From a virus (lineage: Duplodnaviria > Caudoviricetes): a stretch of DNA of 64,000 bases. Where the stretch lies: positions 1 through 64,000 of IMG/VR virus record IMGVR_UViG_3300005937_000003; one strand, given 5' to 3'. Both the position numbers and the translations under genes were made by a program. Positions 17,694-25,059 of the stretch are shown here, in pieces. Position 1 is the stretch's first letter. Each line of letters begins with the position of its first letter. The notes beneath the pieces were generated by a model that was not told the origin of the DNA, did no database searches, and was given only the letters and a program-made list of their open reading frames with translations.

Positions 17694-18785
17694 TTACGGC
17701 AGCGTGACTTCTTCGACGCAGTTGGGCGGCGAGATGAAGACGCCGCGCCTGGCACGGGCCACGATCTGCTGCTGGATCAGGCGGCTCAGGTCGCCCACGC
17801 CCGCGTCGGTGCGCAGGTCGTGCTTGACCAGTTCGATCAGGTACGTGCTCGTGTCCACGAGGTAGGCCTTGTTGGTGGCCACGCCCGGGTAGGTGTACTT
17901 GCGCGCCCCGACGGTGATCGAATAGCCGTCGTAGAAGACCAGCGTGTCGATGCCCGCCAGCGCGGGGTACTCGGTGCCGCTGACCACGAAGCGCTGCAGC
18001 GCCTCCTCGATGTCCCAGCGCCTGGACGAGTGTGCCAGCAGGACGTTCGGGGAGCGACCCAGGCCCGTGTCGGTGGCGGTGTCAGACCCCGCGTGGATGA
18101 GCGCCGCCTTGAGCGTGTTGCGCATCTTCTCGCGGAAGGTGGCGCCAGTCGTGTCGGCGGGCGTCTGGTTCTTGGCCGCGTACGCGTAGCTGATGATCGG
18201 GTACAGGTGGATGTGGTTCAGCAGCGCGTTGTAGGCGCGCCCGATGGCCTCGTTGAGTTGCGAGATCTCCCACGTCTTGTCGTACTCGACAACGTCCTCG
18301 GTGTACTCGAAGCCAGCCGCGTAGGTGAGCAGCGGGACGGTCTGGCGCGGCGTGAGGGTGCGCGTGCCGAAGCGGACCTCGCCGCCCTCCATATGCTGCA
18401 GGAAGACCACGCTGGCGCGGGCCATGATGGCGCCCACATCGACGTTCTCGGTCAGGTTGGCGTCGGTGATGGTGCGCGTGTAGACCGCTGGGTACAGCAG
18501 GGGCACCTGCTCGCGTCCCAGGTTGAGATCGACCACGGTCTTGGTGATGAACTGCGCCAGGTTGGCGGGCGTGGCGATGATCTCACCAGCGGCGGGGCGC
18601 GCCTGAAGCATGTTCAGGTAGTCGCGCATCGGGCGATTGAGTTCGTAGGTGTCCATCTCGCCCGCCGCCACGCGGATCGGCACGTTGAACGGCTGATCCC
18701 AGATGGTGGCCTGGGCGGTGTACTCGTGGGTGCCCTGGCGCCGCTCGGCGCGCAGGCTGGCGGTGTCAACGATACGGACTGGCAT
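17694..18785 (-). CDS. Major capsid protein
   Basis: 363 aa after the decoration gene; GGEVRFG, YAAGFEYT.D..EYD, YLIELVKHDL patterns of HK97-fold capsids. Confidence 0.85.
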   Translation of the reverse strand: MPVRIVDTASLRAERRQGTHEYTAQATIWDQPFNVPIRVAAGEMDTYELNRPMRDYLNMLQARPAAGEIIATPANLAQFITKTVVDLNLGREQVPLLYPAVYTRTITDANLTENVDVGAIMARASVVFLQHMEGGEVRFGTRTLTPRQTVPLLTYAAGFEYTEDVVEYDKTWEISQLNEAIGRAYNALLNHIHLYPIISYAYAAKNQTPADTTGATFREKMRNTLKAALIHAGSDTATDTGLGRSPNVLLAHSSRRWDIEEALQRFVVSGTEYPALAGIDTLVFYDGYSITVGARKYTYPGVATNKAYLVDTSTYLIELVKHDLRTDAGVGDLSRLIQQQIVARARRGVFISPPNCVEEVTLP

Positions 18786-18798
18786 CTGCTAACTCCTC

Positions 18799-19173
18799 TC
18801 AGGCCCGCTGGTCGAGCAAGAAGATGCCAATCACGTTGTCGGCGTTCTTGGCGATGTTGCACTTGGCGACGGGGCCGATCACGGCGCCCGCCACGGCCGC
18901 CACCGTGAACAGCTTGGTCGTGGTGTTGAAGTTCACGAGATCCCCGACGTTGAACGCCTCGGCCACCGTGATCTGGTCGGTGTCGTAAAAGGCGCGCTCG
19001 ATGTTGATGGCGATGACGGCTGCACCTGTCGCGACGGGCTTGTCATCGAACTCAGCCAGGCCGAAGAACTTGTCGAGGTAGACGAACTCGCCCTGCGCGA
19101 CCACGGTGCCGCCAGGCACGGTGACGTCAACGCTGTTGCCATCGGCCATCTTGTGGCCATTGGTGTTTGCCAT
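18799..19173 (-). CDS. DUF2190-like capsid decoration/cement protein
   Basis: DGNSVDVTVP...GEFV..FFGLA...GD.V.FN motif; between protease and capsid. Confidence 0.75.
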   Translation of the reverse strand: MANTNGHKMADGNSVDVTVPGGTVVAQGEFVYLDKFFGLAEFDDKPVATGAAVIAINIERAFYDTDQITVAEAFNVGDLVNFNTTTKLFTVAAVAGAVIGPVAKCNIAKNADNVIGIFLLDQRA

Positions 19174-19191
19174 GCGTTCCTCCTTCCCTGG

Positions 19192-20532
19192 CTAGATGCT
19201 CTTGCGGCGAACGGGCAAGCCCACAGGCTCGCTGCTCGCGCCGTTCATCTCGCCCGCTGACCCGTTGGACGTCGAGCGGATGACCACTGTGCTGAGGCCC
19301 GCGTCGAGGATCGGCTTGATCTCGGGCGCGCCCTTGACCTTGGTGATGGCAGCCTTGATGGCGGCCTCGTCGGCGCCGACCTGCAGTTCGCCCAGCGCGG
19401 CGCTGGTGACCAGCGGCCTGGCCACGGCGGGCACGGCCATCTCGCCTCGGGCGACGATGTTCTCGACCTGGGCGCGCAGCGCCTGGACGGCGGTCGTCTG
19501 GACGGTCGTCTGAAGCTCGGCCACACGCGCCTGGACGGCGGCACCGTTGGCGTCGGCTGGCAGGCCCAGGCTGGCACGCATCTCGCCAATAGCCTTCTCG
19601 GAGGCCTGGAGGCGCTGCCACTGAGTGTCGTCCACCAACGGCGCCAGGGCAGCCAGGTTGAGGCCCATGCCGCCCAGGAGGTCTTGTGGGCGATGGGCCT
19701 TGGCCATCTCACCTGCGGCCACGTGGGCCAACGTCGCCTGGTCGAGTGCCTCGGCCACCCCGCGACGGTCGCTGGCGATCAGGCCAGGCAGCACGTCGCT
19801 GGCGCGCCAGTTCATACCCTGGATGACCTGGCTGGCCGTCGCGCCCTGCTCGCGCAGGTTGTCAATGGACTCTCGTACTGTCGGCATACCTGATGCCCTC
19901 CCGTCGGGGTGAATGTCGTCGTGGTCTGGCGTCTCGGATGGCTCGAAGGGTGCGCCGCCGATGGCATCCATCTCGCCCCAGGCGACCACGCGGGCCGAGT
20001 TCATGCCCGCTCGGTCGAGCGGCGCCCAGTCGATGCCCAGCGGTTCGAGATCGACCACGTGCGTCTCGCCGTTGACCCGTGACAGGACGGGCCTGGAGAA
20101 GATCGACGGCTGGGTGATGCGCCTGGCCCGAATCCAGCGCTTCAGGTCGGGCGCGGTCTTGTCGATCAGGCCCCTGAAATAGGCCTTGTCGTCCTTCCAC
20201 ATGGCGCCGATCCAGTGCGTCGCGGGGTCCACGAACTGGTTGCCCAGATCCTCGTCGCGCTGGTGGCCCTTGACGCCCGCCAACGTCTTGGTCTGGACGC
20301 GCTCGACCATCTTCTGGAGCGCCTGCGGGGTGTAGTGCCAGCCACGCGTGCTCTTGCCTGGCGCGACCTCGATGGCCACCTCCATCGGGTCGTCGTCGCC
20401 CTTGAGCAGGTGCTGGCGGTCGTCCTCACTGAAGCTCGCGCTGAGCGGGATGTCGCTGGCTGCCATCTCGCCCAGGACGCCACCCAGGACGTGGATCGGC
20501 CCGGGGCGTGCCTGGAACTCGGCGGTGCCCAC
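19192..20532 (-). CDS. Prohead protease / scaffold
   Basis: GKSTRGWHY..GHQ..HWIGA..SIF..IDWAPLDRAGM N-domain plus Ala-rich helical C-terminal scaffold. Confidence 0.8.
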   Translation of the reverse strand: MGTAEFQARPGPIHVLGGVLGEMAASDIPLSASFSEDDRQHLLKGDDDPMEVAIEVAPGKSTRGWHYTPQALQKMVERVQTKTLAGVKGHQRDEDLGNQFVDPATHWIGAMWKDDKAYFRGLIDKTAPDLKRWIRARRITQPSIFSRPVLSRVNGETHVVDLEPLGIDWAPLDRAGMNSARVVAWGEMDAIGGAPFEPSETPDHDDIHPDGRASGMPTVRESIDNLREQGATASQVIQGMNWRASDVLPGLIASDRRGVAEALDQATLAHVAAGEMAKAHRPQDLLGGMGLNLAALAPLVDDTQWQRLQASEKAIGEMRASLGLPADANGAAVQARVAELQTTVQTTAVQALRAQVENIVARGEMAVPAVARPLVTSAALGELQVGADEAAIKAAITKVKGAPEIKPILDAGLSTVVIRSTSNGSAGEMNGASSEPVGLPVRRKSI

Positions 20533-20534
20533 GA

Positions 20535-20723
20535 CTAGCGGGCAGGCTTGACGATGTCGCCCACGATGTTGGTCTTCTTGGGCTGGCTGTAGTCGAGGCT
20601 GGGCGAACTGTACTTGGGGATCTGAGTGTTCAGGTCGCCCTTGGGCGCGGCCTCGGAGAAGCCGCTGTTGACCTTGACCCAGTTGCCCTTGGACCCCGTC
20701 TTGACGATGTAGCCACTGGCCAT
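20535..20723 (-). CDS. Small basic hypothetical protein
   Basis: 62 aa, SD AAGGAGG. Confidence 0.6.
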   Translation of the reverse strand: MASGYIVKTGSKGNWVKVNSGFSEAAPKGDLNTQIPKYSSPSLDYSQPKKTNIVGDIVKPAR

Positions 20724-20732
20724 ACGTCCTCC

Positions 20733-20978
20733 TTACTTCACGACGCGGTAGCTGGCGCTCGGCGGCGTGGGGGCTGGCCGCACGATGCCCGGGCCGTTGC
20801 TGCGCTCGGGCGTCTCGTTGGGCACCACGCTGTTTGGCCCGATCTGGCGCCTGGTGGAGCGCGGCCCGATGGTCGAGGCCACGGCAGGCGGGACGATCTT
20901 GGGCGCGAATCGACCATTGGCCGACCTCATCTGGACACCCCGACGGTTGACAATCACGGTATTCCCTGACACAGGCAT
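20733..20978 (-). CDS. Small basic Pro/Arg-rich hypothetical protein
   Basis: ORF ending immediately before the SD of the next gene; start uncertain (20978, 20957 or 20930). Confidence 0.45.
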   Translation of the reverse strand: MPVSGNTVIVNRRGVQMRSANGRFAPKIVPPAVASTIGPRSTRRQIGPNSVVPNETPERSNGPGIVRPAPTPPSASYRVVK

Positions 20979-21048
20979 CGGCCTCCCAGTCACGGGGCTG
21001 TAGCGTAGCACGGCGGCCTGGCCCCGCAAGTCACACGGCGGGGTAGGG

Positions 21049-21384
21049 CTACGGCTCCTTGCGCAAGGCCATCGCCCGCCACTCGGCCTCGGTCGTCTGC
21101 AGGCGTGCCACCTCGCCCTGCAAGCGTTCGGTGGCCAACGTGTGGCGGTCCTCGGCGCGGTCCATCTCCTGGCGGTGCCGCTCCTCGATGCGCGCAAGCT
21201 CCAGCGTGTGCTGGTGCTCGACCTGCTCGGCGGTGTGGCGTAGCTCGGCCACGTGCTCGTCGTAGGTCCGCGCCAGGCGCCTGATCAGGTAGCCGATCAC
21301 CCCGACCAGCGCGCTCAGGAGTGTGCCGATGCCGATCAGGGTGCTGCCTCCCAGCACGAAGATCGGTTCGCTGCCCTCGGGCAT
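21049..21384 (-). CDS. Single-TM plus coiled-coil protein (holin/spanin-like topology)
   Basis: N-terminal hydrophobic helix LIGIGTLLSALVGVIGYLI then a charged heptad region. Confidence 0.6.
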   Translation of the reverse strand: MPEGSEPIFVLGGSTLIGIGTLLSALVGVIGYLIRRLARTYDEHVAELRHTAEQVEHQHTLELARIEERHRQEMDRAEDRHTLATERLQGEVARLQTTEAEWRAMALRKEP

Positions 21385-22409
21385 CAGCGTTTCGGGGTAA
21401 CGGTCTTCTTCACCTGGCCAGGTGGCTCGTGGTCCTTGGGCGGCTTGTCGTCTTTGGGCGGCTTCTTCTCGGGCGTGGGCGGATGCGGTGGGTGGGTCGG
21501 CACCACGGTCGGTCGCTGCGTCGGCGGCACGGGCGTCGCGGTCGGTGGACGCGGGGTCGCGGTGACCGTGGGCGGCACGGGGGTACTCGTTGGAGTGACA
21601 GGCGTGCTCGTCGGCGTGGCCGTCTCGGTCGGCGGCGGGGCAGGCGGCGAGGTGGGCTGTGACAGGCTAGCTGTCGCGGTCGGCGCGGCCGTCTCGGTGG
21701 CAGGCGGTGCACTCGGGGCGCTGACGTCTCCACCTGCTGACGGTTGCGTCGCCGTGGCTACAGCGGTTGGCTCGACGGTGGCGATCTGCTGCTCGGCGGT
21801 CGGCGTCGGCAGGACGCTCTGGGAGGCCGCTGGCGTGGGCGTCGCGCTCGCAGGACGCATCGGTGCCGCGAGCGGGGCGGACGTGGCTGGCGGGGCTGCC
21901 AGCGTGCCCGCAGGCGCCGCTGGCGATTCTTGCGGAAGCTGGGTCGGGGCGGACACGTCTGGCAGTGTCGCAGGTGGCGTGGGGGTCGGTGTGTCAATGG
22001 CTGGTGCGGCACGGGGTGGCGGTGCCAGGGTCGGCGGGACGGCCGTGCTGCGCGGTGGCGGCGAGGTGTAGTTGAGCGGTTCGGCGGTCGGCGTCGGCTC
22101 ACGCGGCGCAGGCGTCGGCCCCAGCACGAACTGCTCGACTGCTTGGACGGCCTGCTCGACCAGTTCGGGCACGCCCGGGCCGTCGTGCATGGTGACGATC
22201 ACGTCGTTGGTCGGCGCGGGCGTCGGCGTCGGCAGCGGCGTGGGCGTCGGCACCTCCTCGGCCTGCGCGACGGGCACAGCCAGCGGTGCCAGGGTTTGCA
22301 GCGGCGTGGCGGTGAGTGCCAGCAGCAGCGCCGTCAGCAGTGCGCCGACCAGGCCGCCGCCGCCCGCCCAGGCGCATAGCTCGCCGTAGTCGTTCAGCCA
22401 GGCGCGCAC
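21384..22409 (-). CDS. Membrane-anchored/secreted Pro-Thr-Ala-rich low-complexity protein
   Basis: Hydrophobic N-terminal segment, (PT)n repeats, C-terminal KKPPKDDKPPKDHEPPGQVKK. Confidence 0.7.
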   Translation of the reverse strand: MRAWLNDYGELCAWAGGGGLVGALLTALLLALTATPLQTLAPLAVPVAQAEEVPTPTPLPTPTPAPTNDVIVTMHDGPGVPELVEQAVQAVEQFVLGPTPAPREPTPTAEPLNYTSPPPRSTAVPPTLAPPPRAAPAIDTPTPTPPATLPDVSAPTQLPQESPAAPAGTLAAPPATSAPLAAPMRPASATPTPAASQSVLPTPTAEQQIATVEPTAVATATQPSAGGDVSAPSAPPATETAAPTATASLSQPTSPPAPPPTETATPTSTPVTPTSTPVPPTVTATPRPPTATPVPPTQRPTVVPTHPPHPPTPEKKPPKDDKPPKDHEPPGQVKKTVTPKR

Positions 22410-22425
22410 GGCGCCAGCATGGCAC

Positions 22426-22455
22426 AAAAAGGCCACCTCTGGGCGGGGAGGTGGC
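22426..22455 (-). terminator. Intrinsic terminator
   Basis: GCCACCTC-loop-GAGGTGGC stem followed on the minus strand by TTTTT. Confidence 0.7.
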
Positions 22456-22459
22456 AGAC

Positions 22460-22775
22460 CCGATGATGTTCAGTTGTCCATACGCGGCCAGGCGCGGCTC
22501 GGCAGGTTTCCCCGCGCCTGGTCTACTTGACCCTCACCCCGAGACTCGAAGTCTCGAATTGCCGACTCAGATGTGGCTGATCAGCGCCGCCACGAGCTTG
22601 CATGTCCGCACTCTAGCGCCGCCTGCCAGACGGCTCGGCGCGTAAATTGCTTTACGTTTTCTCAGGGAGCGCTGGCGGTGTCGTAGGGCCTGCCAGGTGA
22701 AGGCGAGATCTCCGACTCGACCTCCACCGTGTGCCTCGGAGTCGGCCTGGCCAGGACACGCCCGCCACCCCTCCC
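22460..22775 (-). ncRNA. Candidate structured non-coding RNA (family unassigned)
   Basis: About 310 nt without a credible gene; multiple hairpins with GNRA/UUCG-type loops when read on the minus strand; ends in a terminator. Confidence 0.4.
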
Positions 22776-22777
22776 CG

Positions 22778-22870
22778 TTAGCCCTTCCAGCGTGCCCAGA
22801 TCTGCCAGGCGACGAACGCGACGGCCAGCACGCCGAAGACGATCCAGCCGATGGTGTCGGCGGTGCTCAT
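22778..22870 (-). CDS. 30-aa single-TM peptide
   Basis: MSTADTIGWIVFGVLAVAFVAWQIWARWKG; ATGA overlap with upstream gene. Confidence 0.5.
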   Translation of the reverse strand: MSTADTIGWIVFGVLAVAFVAWQIWARWKG

Positions 22871-23034
22871 CGCAGGCGGTAGCGGCGCCTGTGGCGGGCG
22901 CACTCCTCGCACGGCTGCACCTGATAGCCGCCGAAGTCGCTGACCACGAGCCACTCGCCGCACATCTGGCAGTGCTTCCTGGCGCGCAGCCCGCACTGGA
23001 TCTCGTACACGCGCTCCTGCTCGCAGAAGGTCAA
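22867..23034 (-). CDS. Small CxxC-CxxC zinc-finger protein
   Basis: CQMC..CEEC; TTG start overlaps the upstream TGA. Confidence 0.5.
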   Translation of the reverse strand: MTFCEQERVYEIQCGLRARKHCQMCGEWLVVSDFGGYQVQPCEECARHRRRYRLR

Positions 23035-23222
23035 TGCAGCCCGAGTCCCAGATCCAGTTCGAGATCGGCATCTAGCCGCACGAACGTGATCTCGACCTGC
23101 GGGTTGCGGCCCGATTCCAGCGTCCACACCAGGCGGCGTACGTGGCTGGTCAGATCCTCGCCCGCCTCGTTCTCGATGCGCGTGCCCGCCGACGTACCGT
23201 CAGAGATTATCTTCAGTCGCAC
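23031..23222 (-). CDS. Hypothetical protein
   Basis: 63 aa; KIISDGTSAGTRI..G pattern seen in phage small beta proteins. Confidence 0.6.
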   Translation of the reverse strand: MRLKIISDGTSAGTRIENEAGEDLTSHVRRLVWTLESGRNPQVEITFVRLDADLELDLGLGLH

Positions 23223-23249
23223 CCGTTGTCACCTTAGCAGGTGACAGGC

Positions 23250-23423
23250 TCAGATGCGGATGGCGCCGACGAGCACGAGCACGAGCAGGATCACGACGAG
23301 CAGCCCGACCAGGCCGAAGCCAGGCCCGTAGTAGGCACTGCTGCCGTAGCTGCCCCGACCACCGAAGTAGCCGAAGACCAGCAGGATCAGCAGCACGATC
23401 AGGATGATGCCCAGCAGGCTCAC
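23250..23423 (-). CDS. DUF3309-like two-TM small membrane protein
   Basis: Manual translation MSLLGIILIVLLILLVFGYFGGRGSYGSSAYYGPGFGLVGLLVVILLVLVLVGAIRI (below the ORF-track cutoff). Confidence 0.7.
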   Translation of the reverse strand: MSLLGIILIVLLILLVFGYFGGRGSYGSSAYYGPGFGLVGLLVVILLVLVLVGAIRI

Positions 23424-23512
23424 GTCTTGATCTTACCCGTCGCAGTGGTGCGGCATGCCCTCGACGTACTGCTCGCCGCACTTGCGGCACTTCAGGATGC
23501 GTGGCATTCCCT

Positions 23513-24130
23513 TCACCATAACCCAAGGATGCGGCGGCAGGTTGGCCACGCGCCCCACCCCTGGACGGCCTGGCCGCGTATGGCGACCTGTATCTGGGCC
23601 TCACGGGACGCCAGGTGCGGCGCGGGCGCGTGAGCGAGGCCGCCGTAGCGCGCCCAGAAGGTGGCGTCCATCTGCAGCCCGCCCTTGTACTTGGGGTTCC
23701 TGGCGTTGGCCCAGTTGCCGCCCGCCTCGCAGACGGCCAGGCGGTCCCACACGCCGTATGGCACGCCAGGTGCGGAGGTACTGGCGGCCCGCTGCTCGGC
23801 AGGCGGTTCCACGGCCCACGTTCGCCACCCATCGGTGAACGTGGGTGCCTTGCCTGGCTTCCACACGGCCAGGCCTGTGGATGTGCGCTGTACGACGTCC
23901 TCATCGTCGCCTGCGCGTTCGGGTTCGACGGCGTGGCCCATGATCGAGCCGATCTGGCCGTGCAGCTTGGCGAAGCCGTTGTCGAACCAGAACTCCTCGC
24001 GTGGCTCTGCTGTGTCTGGGGCGGGTGCGACGCCGCTGATGCCATCCCCGGGCACCAGTTCCTGGGCGTCGGCTGCTGTAGCGAACGAAGCGGCCAGCAG
24101 AGCAGCAGCCGCCGTGATTCTTACGAGCAT
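23513..24130 (-). CDS. Secreted resuscitation-promoting-factor (Rpf) family lytic transglycosylase
   Basis: Signal peptide MLVRITAAAALLAASFATAADA; C-terminal VWDRLAVCEAGGNW..YKGGLQM..W..GG..SREAQI..QGWGAWPTC Rpf signature. Confidence 0.88.
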   Translation of the reverse strand: MLVRITAAAALLAASFATAADAQELVPGDGISGVAPAPDTAEPREEFWFDNGFAKLHGQIGSIMGHAVEPERAGDDEDVVQRTSTGLAVWKPGKAPTFTDGWRTWAVEPPAEQRAASTSAPGVPYGVWDRLAVCEAGGNWANARNPKYKGGLQMDATFWARYGGLAHAPAPHLASREAQIQVAIRGQAVQGWGAWPTCRRILGLW

Positions 24131-24335
24131 CCAGCGCTTGTACCCGACCTGGCCTGGACGCCGCGACGGCCCGTGCAAGTTACGTGAACTTGTCGGGCCG
24201 TCGCATTGCTGTCACAAAAGCACGATCCTGCGCGCACAACACCTTGGCCCCTGGCTCGCCCTCAAAGGTGCGCGCAACCTCAGACGAGCGGTGGCCAGGC
24301 GGGGCGCTGGCGTGCTCAGTGATAGCGCTCGGAGT

Positions 24336-24650
24336 CTAGCGCGCCGTCTGCAGGCTGGCCAGCGCGGCGTCGAGCGCGGCCTTGACGGTCGGCGCGATCA
24401 GCATCTCGGGCGTGCTGCGCTGGGACATCTGATGCTGGCCGCCCTGCTCGGCCCAGTAGGTCCACATATCGTCGGCGTGGAAGCCGTTACGCGCCGCGTT
24501 GTCGAGTTGCGCCTGCAATGCGTCCTGCTCGGCCTTGAACGCGGGCAGGCTGGCCAGGTAGATGAAGCGCCCGTCGTAGACCCACACGACGCCTGGCAGG
24601 TAGCCCTGCTCGCTGGCGAAGCTCTCGCGCATGACCTTGTAAACGGGCAC
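24336..24650 (-). CDS. Hypothetical protein (candidate immunity/partner of the MuF effector)
   Basis: 104 aa, second small gene after the MuF gene; operator overlaps its start. Confidence 0.65.
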   Translation of the reverse strand: MPVYKVMRESFASEQGYLPGVVWVYDGRFIYLASLPAFKAEQDALQAQLDNAARNGFHADDMWTYWAEQGGQHQMSQRSTPEMLIAPTVKAALDAALASLQTAR

Positions 24651-24660
24651 GGTGACGGGA

Positions 24661-25059
24661 TTATGCCATGTCCTCAGTTCGACGGATGTACTGGACCAGT
24701 GGCCCGTAGACCACCCAGCCAGGCCCCTCGTAGAGCGGTCCGACGCCGCCTGCGCGGATGATCCCGACGTACTCGGCCATCTGGTCGATGTCGCGCTGGT
24801 CGTACAGGCCGAAGATCTCGACCACGCGGTCGTCGGGGTCGCGCACCAGCACCTCGCCGTCGTCGCCGTAGGCGATGTGGGCGATCTCGATGCCGTTGCC
24901 GCGCTCCTCGTTGCCCACGCTGTACCAGCCCATGACGTTGTCCACGAAGCGCACGCCCAGGATCGGCTGCGGGTCGGTGTCCAGCCCGTCTGGGAAGTGC
25001 ACCTGGGCGGTCGCCCCGCCGCGCACCAGTTCCTCGATCCGCTCGCGCTCGCCCGCCAT
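24661..25059 (-). CDS. Hypothetical acidic protein (candidate immunity protein)
   Basis: ATG overlaps the MuF-gene TGA; MAGERERIEELVRGG..., 132 aa. Confidence 0.7.
   Translation of the reverse strand: MAGERERIEELVRGGATAQVHFPDGLDTDPQPILGVRFVDNVMGWYSVGNEERGNGIEIAHIAYGDDGEVLVRDPDDRVVEIFGLYDQRDIDQMAEYVGIIRAGGVGPLYEGPGWVVYGPLVQYIRRTEDMA

Noticed and set aside
22460-22775. tmRNA, RNase P or group I/II intron identity for the structured region
   Set aside because: It lacks the tRNA-like ends and tag frame, the RNase P conserved blocks, and complete P7 or domain V cores
23433-23516. 27-aa CRKC..HC micro-ORF after Rpf
   Set aside because: Too short to support; only the GTGA overlap favours it
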